Shown here: positions 26,075-34,660 of the stretch, in pieces
Layout: every line of letters begins with the position of its first letter
Position numbering within the stretch: position 1 is the stretch's first letter
Notes under the pieces: generated by a model
Database searches by the model: none
Seen by the model: the letters and a program-made list of their open reading frames with translations, nothing else
What the model was told of the DNA's origin: nothing
DNA from: Nitrospirota bacterium
GTDB taxonomy: Bacteria; Nitrospirota; UBA9217
Assembly (NCBI GenBank): GCA_963840455.1
Contig: CAWIYV010000010.1
Location: forward strand, 382,785-446,784
Direction: 5' to 3'
DNA length: 64,000 nucleotides
Translations under genes and position numbers: made by a program

Positions 26075-26878
26075 TCACGAAGCTCTCCAGTCGGCCACGG
26101 TGGCATAGGGAAATCGTGCGTTGTGCCGATTGAGGTCGGCGACCATCTGTTCCATTTCTTCGCGCGAAAGAAAACCGCGCTGGACGAAATACTGACCGAG
26201 CTTCTTCTGAAGCGTCCGCTGGAACGCGAGCAGGATCCGTGCCTGGTAGGAGGAAATGAAGCCAAGGTGCAGCGCCCGCTGCCCGAAGAGGAGAGGCATG
26301 CCGCGGTACCCGAGGATCGCGCTGATGTGCTTGTCGTTCAGCCAGCCCCAGCGCTTCGCGATGATCCCCAGCGCAGGTCGCTGGCGCATCTGCCACGAAA
26401 GCGCCTTGAGCAGCATGTGATAGGGTATGCATCCGCGGTAATAAAGGTAACGACCGATCTCGTGCCGCCGATCAGGCATAGCGCCCTGGTACAGCCAGCC
26501 TGCCTCGGTCACGCGAAAGGTCTTCGTTGCTGACCCCGCAGGTCGCCGGGTGTTTGTTGGGGCCATGTGCGCGGGTCGGGACGCTCGGGTGCGGGAGCGA
26601 GTGTGTATGCGGACGCCCGCGTTGTCGCGCAGCTCGCAGTACTTCCGCATGATGTCATACGCATCGTTCGCGACACGGAACATCTCGGCCTGGCGCTTTT
26701 GCACGAGCGGGTCATGGGCCGTGAAGAGATCGGGATGGGTCTCCTTGGCTTTTTTTCTGAATGCGGTCTTGAGGACGTTCGGCTTGAGGGAAAGGAGGAA
26801 CTCGGGAGATACCGCTGCTTCGGTGCCGAACAGCGTCCGGCATGCGTTTAGAACATTTGCGTCGGGAGTGGCGAGCAC
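26075..26878 (-). CDS. J-domain (DnaJ-like) protein with an uncharacterised C-terminal domain
   Basis: N-terminal J domain with an HPD motif (KTAFRKKAKETHPDLF...ANDAYDIMRKY). The C-terminal 150 aa are Trp/Arg-rich with no recognisable motif. Confidence 0.6.
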   Translation of the reverse strand: MLATPDANVLNACRTLFGTEAAVSPEFLLSLKPNVLKTAFRKKAKETHPDLFTAHDPLVQKRQAEMFRVANDAYDIMRKYCELRDNAGVRIHTRSRTRASRPAHMAPTNTRRPAGSATKTFRVTEAGWLYQGAMPDRRHEIGRYLYYRGCIPYHMLLKALSWQMRQRPALGIIAKRWGWLNDKHISAILGYRGMPLLFGQRALHLGFISSYQARILLAFQRTLQKKLGQYFVQRGFLSREEMEQMVADLNRHNARFPYATVADWRAS

Positions 26879-27001
26879 GGGCCCGGGGCGCTCCTTTGCA
26901 GGATGGCGGTTTTGCCGCTCAGGCAGCTAGCGGCCTGGCCGGTTGGAGGCAATGTACTCCATCAGGGGTCGCTTTGTCAAGAAATGGTTCGGCGGGAGCG
27001 G

Positions 27002-27580
27002 TTAGATCTTCTGTGCTTTGCCGGCGAGGAAAGCCTTGCGGTTGATGTCCAGCAACTTCTTCGGCACCGAGTTCGTAATGGCCTCGTCCACCACCGACTC
27101 CTTCAGAGGAAGGAACCTGAACACGGCGCCCATCAGGACGAGGTTCACGGCGCGCTTCTCGCCGACCTTAACGGCGACATTCGTCGCGTCGAAGGGGTGG
27201 ACCTTTGACGCGTGCCGCCTGATGGTCTCGTGGATGTCCTGGGGATAGACCTCTTTTCCTATGGACACGCCAATGGTGCCGATGGGCCGTGTATTGTAGA
27301 CGACAGTCCCGTCCTCGCGCAGGAAGTGGAGATACCGCGCGGTCTCGAGTGGCTCAAAGCCGATCAGAAGGTCGGCCTCTCCTTCGGCGACGATAGGCGA
27401 GAACACTTGGTCCCCGAAGCGGACCTGCGAAAGGACGCTGCCGCCGCGCTGGGCCATGCCGTGCACCTCGCTCTGCTTCACGTCCAGGCCCTGGAGCAGC
27501 GCTGCCTCGGCAATGATCTTGCTGGTCAGCAGCACGCCCTGCCCGCCGACCCCGGCTATCAAAATATTGAATACGTTCAC
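27002..27580 (-). CDS. iorB: indolepyruvate ferredoxin oxidoreductase subunit beta
   Basis: 192 aa of the pyruvate/ketoisovalerate oxidoreductase gamma-like family (ILIAGVGGQGVL...). GTG start, directly downstream of iorA. Confidence 0.82.
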   Translation of the reverse strand: MNVFNILIAGVGGQGVLLTSKIIAEAALLQGLDVKQSEVHGMAQRGGSVLSQVRFGDQVFSPIVAEGEADLLIGFEPLETARYLHFLREDGTVVYNTRPIGTIGVSIGKEVYPQDIHETIRRHASKVHPFDATNVAVKVGEKRAVNLVLMGAVFRFLPLKESVVDEAITNSVPKKLLDINRKAFLAGKAQKI

Positions 27581-27685
27581 CAGAGTTTCCTTAGAGATCG
27601 ATATTGTCCGTATCAGAGAACGAATGCAGGCGCAAGGGAAAAGCGATCCTCTTTATCTCCGTGTAGCCGCGTCTCCGCGTCGGCA

Positions 27686-29431
27686 TCACGCGTTCACCAT
27701 CGAGTTCGTCGCGCAGAGCTGACTGCAGACACCACAGCCGTTGCACAGGAGCGCGTCAACCTCGGCATGACCCTTCTTGCCCTCGGGAACAAATGAGAGC
27801 GCGATGCATCCTGCCTTGAGGCAGGCCTTGCAGCCCACGCAGGTATCGGTATCGACGCGGTACGACTTCTTGGAGACCTTATACCGCAGCACGCAGGGCT
27901 GGTTCGAGATGAGCACCGCGGTCCCGGGCGCTGCGAGCTCTTCCTTCATGATCCGCTCAAGCTCTTTCAGATTATAGGCGTCGATCTCGCGCACGCGCTT
28001 CGCGCCGATGGCCTGGCAGAGCTTCCCGATGTCGAGCTTCGGCGCGGCGGAGCCTGCGGCAGTCCGTCCCGTTCCGGCGTGCTCCTGGCCGCCGGTCATG
28101 CCTGTCGTGTCGTTGTTCATGATGACGACAAGCGCGTCGCCGCCGTTGTAGACCATGTCGATGAGCCCGGTGATGCCGGAATGGAGGAACGTGGAGTCGC
28201 CGATCACGGCCACGGGCTTCTGCTTCACGCCCCTGAGGGCCAGGCCGCGCGAGATGCCGTGGGCGCCGGAGATGCTCGCGCCCATGCAGATGCAGGTGTG
28301 CATGGACGAGAACGGCGGCAGGGCGCCAAGGGTATAACAGCCGATGTCGCCGGACACGAAGAGCTTCAGCTTTGCGATGACGGTGTAAAGGCCGCGGTGG
28401 GAACAGCCGGGGCAGAACGTGGGCGGACGGACGATGAGGCCACCGACCGGGAGCTTGCACGCAACCGCGGAGCCGCTGACCGCCTCGCGGATGGTCCGGG
28501 AGGTGAGCTCGCCGCAGGGCGGAAAGGCCGTCTTGCCGAAGTGGACCGTAATGCCCATAGCCTTGAGCAGTTCCTCCACGAAGCCGTCGAGCTCCTCGAC
28601 GACGGCGAGCTTCGTGACGGACGCCGCGAAACCGCGGAGCTTCTTCTCCGGAAGGGGATAGGTCATGCCGAGCTTCAGGACCGGCGCATCCGGGAACGCC
28701 TCGCGGACATACTGGTAGGCGATGCCGTTGGCGATAAAGCCCACATCGCCCTTCCCGGGCCGGACCTCGTTGAATGCTGCGGTCTCGGCGTATTCGCGGA
28801 GCTTCGCGAGCCGCTCCTCGACCACGAGATGGCGCTTCTTGGCGTTCGCCGGCAGCATCACGTACTTCGGCACGTCCCGGGCGAGGTCGCGGTCCTTGAC
28901 TGCGGCAGGCTCCGCGGTCTGGACAACGCTTTTGCAGTGGGAAATTCGGGTGGTCGTGCGCAGGATCACAGGTGTGTCGAAGGATTCTGAGAGTTCGAAG
29001 GCAGCGCGCACGTAAGCCCGCGCTTCATCGGAGTCCACCGGCTCGATGCAGGGGATCTTCGCCATGCGGGCGTAGTGCCGCGTGTCCTGTTCGTTCTGCG
29101 AGCTGAACATGCCCGGATCGTCCGCGGCCATCAGCACGAGACCCGCGTTCACGCCGGTGTAGGCCACGGTCATGAGCGGGTCCGCGGCGACGTTCACGCC
29201 CACGTGCTTCATGCAGGCCAGGGAGCGCACGCCGGCCAGCGAGCCGCCGATGGCTACCTCCATGGCCACCTTCTCGTTCGTGGACCACTCGGCATGGATC
29301 CCCTTCTCGCGCGAGAGGGTCTCGAGCACTTCCGTGCTCGGCGTGCCGGGGTAGGCGGCGGCGATCTTGCCGCCTGCTTCAAGGAACCCGCGGGCGATGG
29401 CTTCGTTGCCTGAAAGGATTGCTTTCGTCAC
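27686..29431 (-). CDS. iorA: indolepyruvate ferredoxin oxidoreductase subunit alpha
   Basis: 581 aa. TPP-binding domain and two C-terminal 4Fe-4S motifs (CVGCKACLKAGC; CNGCGVCSQLC). GTG start. Confidence 0.85.
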   Translation of the reverse strand: MTKAILSGNEAIARGFLEAGGKIAAAYPGTPSTEVLETLSREKGIHAEWSTNEKVAMEVAIGGSLAGVRSLACMKHVGVNVAADPLMTVAYTGVNAGLVLMAADDPGMFSSQNEQDTRHYARMAKIPCIEPVDSDEARAYVRAAFELSESFDTPVILRTTTRISHCKSVVQTAEPAAVKDRDLARDVPKYVMLPANAKKRHLVVEERLAKLREYAETAAFNEVRPGKGDVGFIANGIAYQYVREAFPDAPVLKLGMTYPLPEKKLRGFAASVTKLAVVEELDGFVEELLKAMGITVHFGKTAFPPCGELTSRTIREAVSGSAVACKLPVGGLIVRPPTFCPGCSHRGLYTVIAKLKLFVSGDIGCYTLGALPPFSSMHTCICMGASISGAHGISRGLALRGVKQKPVAVIGDSTFLHSGITGLIDMVYNGGDALVVIMNNDTTGMTGGQEHAGTGRTAAGSAAPKLDIGKLCQAIGAKRVREIDAYNLKELERIMKEELAAPGTAVLISNQPCVLRYKVSKKSYRVDTDTCVGCKACLKAGCIALSFVPEGKKGHAEVDALLCNGCGVCSQLCATNSMVNA

Positions 29432-29535
29432 TGATTACCCCTGATAGGATTGAACCGCGAAGGCGCAAAGGACACAAGGGGAAACCATTCGTCCTTATCC
29501 GTGTCTCCCCGTTCCCGTGTCCCCGCGTCAGTTTA

Positions 29536-30879
29536 TTACTTCGGTCGGTTGTCGATGACCCGCTTGGCCTTGCCTTCGCTGCGCTGGATAGATCCCGGCG
29601 GCACGAGGGTCACCTCGGTGTTCACGCCGATGATGTCCTTGACGTTCTTCTGGATGTCGCGCTTGACCTTGATCAGGTCTTCCTCTTCCTGGGCGAAGGA
29701 CTTGAGATCGGTGGTGAGCACCTTGGCAGCCATCTGGTCCATGAAGCCTGCGGTCACCTCGACGCGGACGTTCATCTCGTCCATTCGGCCCTTGCGGTTC
29801 ACCTCGATGACGTAATGAGGCGCGATGTCCCTGGTGCGGAGCAGCACCGATTCCACCTGGGAGGGGAACACGTTCACACCGCGGATGATGAGCATATCGT
29901 CCGCGCGGCCGCGCACGCGCCTCATGCGGACCAGCGTCCTGCCGCAGGAACATTTTTCGGGGTTCAGGGTCGTAATGTCGCCGGTGCGGTAGCGGATCAG
30001 CGGCATGGCCTCGCGGGACATGCTCGTGATCACCAGCTCGCCTTCCTGGCCGTAGGGCAGCTGCTCGCCGGTCAGGGGATTGATGACCTCGGGATAGAAA
30101 TGGTCCTCGTTGATGTGCAAGCCGCTCTGGGCCTCGATGCACTCGGCCGAGACGCCCGGGCCGATGATCTCGGACAGGCCGTAGATGTCGATGGCTTTTA
30201 TCCGGAGCCGCTCCTCGATCTCGCGGCGCATCTCCTCGGTCCAGGGCTCGGCGCCGAAGAGGCCGACGCGCAGCTTGATGTTCTCAAAGCCCGCCTTCAT
30301 CTCGCAGGCCACGTCATAGAGATAGAGGGCGAAGGACGGCGTGGAGCACAGCACCGTGCTGCCGAAGTCCAGCATGAGCATGATCTGCTTCTGTGTGTTC
30401 CCGCCGGAGATGGGGATGACCGCCGCGCCGACCCGCTCGGCGCCATAGTGAGCGCCCAGGCCGCCGGTAAAGAGGCCGTAACCGTAAGCGTTCTGGACGA
30501 TGTCCTTGCTCGTGGTACCCGCAGCAGTGAACGTGCGGGCCATCACATCGGCCCAGAGGTTGATGTCGTTGCGGTTATAAGCGACCACCGTTGGTTTGCC
30601 TGTGGTTCCCGAAGAAGCATGGATACGAACGATGTTCTCAAGCGGTTCGGCGAAGAGGCCGTAGGGGTAGTTATCCCGGAGGTCCACCTTCTTGGTGAAG
30701 GGAAGCTTGACCACATCCGCGATGCTTTTGATGTCAGACGGCTTGATGCCCTTCTCGTCGAAGGCCTTCTTGTAGAACGGCACGCGGGAATAGACACGCT
30801 CGCATACCTTCGTTAGGCGTTCTCCTTGCAGCTTCGCAAGTTCGGGCCGGGTTAAAGACTCTTCTTTATTCCAGTGCAT
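29536..30879 (-). CDS. paaK: phenylacetate-CoA ligase family (adenylate-forming)
   Basis: 447 aa from the ATG at 30879 (GGAG 9 nt upstream). AMP-binding motifs SSGTTGKPT and YGLSE plus a PaaK-like C-terminal domain. The track ORF starts further upstream. Confidence 0.85.
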   Translation of the reverse strand: MHWNKEESLTRPELAKLQGERLTKVCERVYSRVPFYKKAFDEKGIKPSDIKSIADVVKLPFTKKVDLRDNYPYGLFAEPLENIVRIHASSGTTGKPTVVAYNRNDINLWADVMARTFTAAGTTSKDIVQNAYGYGLFTGGLGAHYGAERVGAAVIPISGGNTQKQIMLMLDFGSTVLCSTPSFALYLYDVACEMKAGFENIKLRVGLFGAEPWTEEMRREIEERLRIKAIDIYGLSEIIGPGVSAECIEAQSGLHINEDHFYPEVINPLTGEQLPYGQEGELVITSMSREAMPLIRYRTGDITTLNPEKCSCGRTLVRMRRVRGRADDMLIIRGVNVFPSQVESVLLRTRDIAPHYVIEVNRKGRMDEMNVRVEVTAGFMDQMAAKVLTTDLKSFAQEEEDLIKVKRDIQKNVKDIIGVNTEVTLVPPGSIQRSEGKAKRVIDNRPK

Positions 30880-31026
30880 TGGATGGCTCCTGTGGCAGTG
30901 GTCCCGCCGGAAATACTCCGGCGGAGAAGTGTCGGAAACGGGCGCATTATATACCAGATAAGAATCCTTTGCAATTGGAAACAAACCGCTAGACTGTCTT
31001 CCGGAGGGAAATAAAAAGGGCCCCGA

Positions 31027-31053
31027 AAGGGGCCCGGAGATGTCACGGCAGGA
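31027..31053 (-). terminator. rho-independent terminator after the c7 cytochrome gene
   Basis: On the minus strand: gggcccc-tttc-ggggccc followed by tttttattt. Confidence 0.75.
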
Positions 31054-31056
31054 GGA

Positions 31057-31338
31057 TCATTTCTTCTTGTGGCATTCCATGCACTTATTCGCCGCGGGGC
31101 CAGCCTTCTTCTCCGTGTGGCAGCCGCCGCACAACTTGTGTGCAGGGTCCTTGCCGCCGAGCGACATTTTTCCCGGTGTCGCCTCGGGATGGCAGGCCTT
31201 GCATCCGGCCTTCTCGCCGTGAACCTTATGGTTGAAGGTCACGTCCCCGTTCTTTGCCTTAAGCGTGACCGTGTCCGCGGCCATCAGCGGCGCGGCGACG
31301 AACAACAACAGCACAACAACAGCTACGATCCTCTTCAT
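31057..31338 (-). CDS. triheme cytochrome c7 (PpcA family)
   Basis: 93 aa. Signal peptide, then ADTVTLKAKNGDVTFNHKVH with three CxxCH motifs (CKACH, CGGCH, CMECH). Close to Geobacter PpcA. GGAGGA RBS. Confidence 0.82.
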   Translation of the reverse strand: MKRIVAVVVLLLFVAAPLMAADTVTLKAKNGDVTFNHKVHGEKAGCKACHPEATPGKMSLGGKDPAHKLCGGCHTEKKAGPAANKCMECHKKK

Positions 31339-31649
31339 GCTTGCTCCTCCTTCAGAATGAGATACCCGCTTGCTTTGAATGCAAAGGGATGCTGCAGTGC
31401 GAGATACTGGTATCGAATGTAGCAGAGGAGCAGAACAAAGGCAAGTTTGGCCGATATTTTTTTTAACCGCAGATACCCAGATGGTCGGGCAGAGGCCGGA
31501 CCAAGCGCACACTTCCATGCAAAAAGTATCATTGTGTACCGCTATGCAAGTGCCCATTAATTGCGAAACTCTTAGTCATTTAGTCATTATAATGATAGGG
31601 TCGATGCATCACCCTTGCAGAGTTAGTGTGAACGAGCTACTATAAGCAA

Positions 31650-32117
31650 ATGAGAAGATTCTTTTCTGCTGCTCTTGTTCTTGCCCTATGCCTCTTGTAC
31701 CCCGGGACGTACGGAAATGGCTTGTCCGCTGCCACCTGCGAACCATCGAGCAGTGACGCTTTGGGACCTTTCTACAAGCCTAACGCGCCGATTCGTTCCA
31801 GCGTGGGCACGGGGTACGTACTGCGAGGTGTCGTGCGGACAGCGAAGGACTGCAGCCCTGTTGCCGGTGCGATGGTCGAGCTCTGGCTCGCAGGGCCGAA
31901 TGGCGAGTATGATGATGCCCACCGCGCCACGATCATCGCCGACGCATCAGGCGCCTATCGTTTCGAGAGCAATATTCCGCAGCCCTACTATGGAAGACCG
32001 CCGCACATCCACCTGCGGGTCTCAGCGAAAGGTTTTTCCACGCTCGTGACGCAGCACTACCCTGCCGCCAGCACGAAGGAAGCTGTATTTGACGCCGTTC
32101 TGGTCCCCTCGCGATGA
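31650..32117 (+). CDS. secreted intradiol ring-cleavage dioxygenase-like protein
   Basis: Signal peptide plus a dioxygenase_C-like core (GPFY, GRPPHIHL). Confidence 0.55.
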   Translation: MRRFFSAALVLALCLLYPGTYGNGLSAATCEPSSSDALGPFYKPNAPIRSSVGTGYVLRGVVRTAKDCSPVAGAMVELWLAGPNGEYDDAHRATIIADASGAYRFESNIPQPYYGRPPHIHLRVSAKGFSTLVTQHYPAASTKEAVFDAVLVPSR

Positions 32118-32259
32118 CCCGCCCCCCTATGGTCCCGCCCGTCCATGTCGATTGCGCTCTGATCAGCCTGCGCTCCCTTTTCCTGTGGACAAAGAAGACG
32201 GCGTCTGGTACAAATGCTCAATTATGTCGACTGCGTTCCTCCCAACGACGGTTCCGGGC

Positions 32260-32997
32260 ATGCGGTCCCTGCTGATCGTCTTGTCCGCGGTGCTCGCGCT
32301 GACAGGCTGCGGCGGAAAGAAGCCGCCTGTTGCGCCGGATGGCGGCAAGACAAAGGCCTCGCAGCGGCCGTACACCGTGATGGGCAAGCGGTATGAACCG
32401 CTCAAATCCCACATCGGCTTCACGCAGGAGGGCATTGCCAGCTGGTACGGGAAAGACTTTCACGGCAAGAAGACAAGCAACGGCGAGACCTATGATATGC
32501 ACGCCATGACCGCGGCGCACAAGACCCTGCCGCTCGGCGTGTTCGTAAAAGTTCGGAACAAGGAGAACGGGGAGGAGACCATCGTCCGGGTCAACGACCG
32601 CGGCCCGTTTGTCAAGAACCGCATCATCGACCTCTCTTACTCGGCGGCGAAGAAGCTGGGCGTTGACCTAAAGGGCACCGCGCCGGTTCGGATCGAGGCG
32701 CTGGGCTACAAGGCGAGCGGGACGGGCGAGGAAAATTACAAGGCGCCGGAGACCTACGACAGCGGCAACTACTCGGTGCAGGTCGGCGCGTTCAAAGATC
32801 AGCAGAACGCCAAGCGGCTGTCCGAGGAGATGAGGAGGCTGCATGGCTATTCCGAGGTAAAGTCTGCCATGGTGAACGGCGAGCTCTTTTACCGGGTGCA
32901 GGCGGGGAAATTCTCTTCCCTGCATGAGGCCGAGGAGGCTGAAGTGCGCTTCTCGGACCAGGGCTATCCGGGCAGCTTCGTCGTATCCGTGGATTAG
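32260..32997 (+). CDS. rlpA: septal ring lytic transglycosylase RlpA-family lipoprotein (DPBB + SPOR domains)
   Basis: Lipobox LTGC, DPBB domain (IASWYGKDFHGKKTSNGETYD...VRVNDRGPF) and a C-terminal SPOR domain (YSVQVGAFKDQQNAKRL). Start taken at 32260; alternative 32224. Confidence 0.75.
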   Translation: MRSLLIVLSAVLALTGCGGKKPPVAPDGGKTKASQRPYTVMGKRYEPLKSHIGFTQEGIASWYGKDFHGKKTSNGETYDMHAMTAAHKTLPLGVFVKVRNKENGEETIVRVNDRGPFVKNRIIDLSYSAAKKLGVDLKGTAPVRIEALGYKASGTGEENYKAPETYDSGNYSVQVGAFKDQQNAKRLSEEMRRLHGYSEVKSAMVNGELFYRVQAGKFSSLHEAEEAEVRFSDQGYPGSFVVSVD

Positions 32998-33200
32998 CGA
33001 ATCGATGAAAAGAGGATGAACACTTTAGGCGAGGACCACATCAGGTTTGCAATACAGATGAACGCAGACAAGACCGGTCTTCTCACGTAGAGCAACGCAA
33101 ATACATGATGACGTTTTATGAACGCCCTGCTAACAGTATTTTGGGCAGGCGTCGCCGCTTCTAGGTTATCAATTCCGGACTCTGAACTCCACGATCCGCG

Positions 33201-33503
33201 CTAGACAAGATAATCCACTACCGCCCTGCTTTCCCGAACCTTTCCCAGAAACTCTGCGACTTTCACATGCTCAGGATGCCTCATATATAAGGAAAGGTCT
33301 TTCTCATCCTGAAACTCTGAATAAATGGCGATGTCATACGCCGCATCGGACGGAATGCTGTTGATGCCGACCTCGAGACACCGGACCTGTGGTATCTTCT
33401 TGGCGAGGGCCTCCAGCGCCTCCTTCGCCTTCCCGGCGTTCTCCGCCTTTCCCGCGCCTTCCGCATGTTCCTTCAGTTTGAACAGCACGATGTGTTTAAG
33501 CAT
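33201..33503 (-). CDS. Dabb-family (dimeric alpha/beta barrel, stress-responsive) protein
   Basis: 100 aa, MLKHIVLFKLKE...PEHVKVAEFL. Confidence 0.6.
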   Translation of the reverse strand: MLKHIVLFKLKEHAEGAGKAENAGKAKEALEALAKKIPQVRCLEVGINSIPSDAAYDIAIYSEFQDEKDLSLYMRHPEHVKVAEFLGKVRESRAVVDYLV

Positions 33504-33526
33504 GTCAGCCGCCCCGTTCCCTTCTG

Positions 33527-33958
33527 CTATTCGAGAATCGATACCAGCTCGATGTCGAAGGTAAGGTCCCTCCCCGCCAGCGGATGGTTGGCATCGAGCG
33601 TGAGCGTCGAGTCGGTCTTTCCGATGACCGTGACCAGCACGACCTCGTCGTTCTCCTGCGTGATCTCGAGCCGCTGACCGATCTGGGCGTCCAGATTTGG
33701 CGGCAAGTGTTTCCGTTCCACCTCCACCACCGAGGCTTCTTGCCGCGGCCCGTACGCCTCGGCAACGGGGATCACCACCGTCTTCTTGTCGCCCGCTGCC
33801 ATGCCCAGTACGGCCTTCTCAAAGCCTGCGATCAACTGGCCCTTTCCGAGCGTGAACTGCAACGGATGCCGGTCAAGCGATGTATCGAAGATCGTCCCGT
33901 CATGCAGCTTCCCCGTGTAGTTAACCTGAACCGTATCACCCTGCTTTACTTGTGCCAT
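33527..33958 (-). CDS. FKBP-type peptidyl-prolyl cis-trans isomerase (SlyD/SlpA-like)
   Basis: MAQVKQGDTVQVNYTGKLHDGTIFDTS...IPVAEAYG. ATG at 33958 with an AAGGAGG RBS. The track's upstream start is a TTG. Confidence 0.8.
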   Translation of the reverse strand: MAQVKQGDTVQVNYTGKLHDGTIFDTSLDRHPLQFTLGKGQLIAGFEKAVLGMAAGDKKTVVIPVAEAYGPRQEASVVEVERKHLPPNLDAQIGQRLEITQENDEVVLVTVIGKTDSTLTLDANHPLAGRDLTFDIELVSILE

Positions 33959-34118
33959 GACTCCTCCTTGCAATGCTATTGCTTCCTGAATATCCGGTCG
34001 TTAAGGACGCTCTTGACATACTCATGCCCATCTGTGGCATATTGTCTCCGCTGTTAAAGACTCCTCATCCCACGCAGCAGTCCCCTGGCGGGCTATGAAC
34101 AGTCCTTTTCGCAGAACG

Positions 34119-34595
34119 CTAAGGCTCTTGCTGACGTTCCTGTATGACCGCGTCGCTGCCCAGATAGGGTTCGAACAATTTCTTCAGCCGGGGAAGCTGA
34201 TCGGCCAGCCAGATGAGCTGTTTCGAATTCTCCACGGTGACCCCGTCGCGCTCCTCTCCGATGGGAAGGTCGGTGCTCTTCAAACGGTCATTGGTGGCCC
34301 GCAGCTTCGAGGCCTGTGCATACAGCTTGTCGATATAATCCGTTATCTCCTGGCCGAAGAGGAATGCGCCTTCCTGGGTCTTTGCCCGGAACTCCTGCAG
34401 GCTTTGGCGAGAAATATCCCCGTCGCGGGTGATGGTGCTGAGGAGCTGTACGATCTCCCGGTATATGCGCAGGCGATTTTCATACAGATCGCCGTTCGCT
34501 TGCGCTTTGTCCTTCCGATAATATTGATAGGCGATGTAGGTCGTGCTGGCCGCAATGACGAGCAGGAGAAGCGTATCAAGGATGTTCGTGACCAT
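34119..34595 (-). CDS. hypothetical single-pass membrane / coiled-coil protein
   Basis: TM helix (ILDTLLLLVIAAS) followed by a charged helical region. No recognisable domain. Confidence 0.45.
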   Translation of the reverse strand: MVTNILDTLLLLVIAASTTYIAYQYYRKDKAQANGDLYENRLRIYREIVQLLSTITRDGDISRQSLQEFRAKTQEGAFLFGQEITDYIDKLYAQASKLRATNDRLKSTDLPIGEERDGVTVENSKQLIWLADQLPRLKKLFEPYLGSDAVIQERQQEP

Positions 34596-34660
34596 GACCA
34601 AGCTCTGTCTTTCTCCGCAGAACACTGCGCCTGCCCGTGATCAGGCATGCGATGCCGCGG

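Noticed and set aside
28079-30816. Plus-strand ORFs of 303 aa and 465 aa
   Set aside because: Antisense to iorA and paaK respectively. High-GC artefacts.
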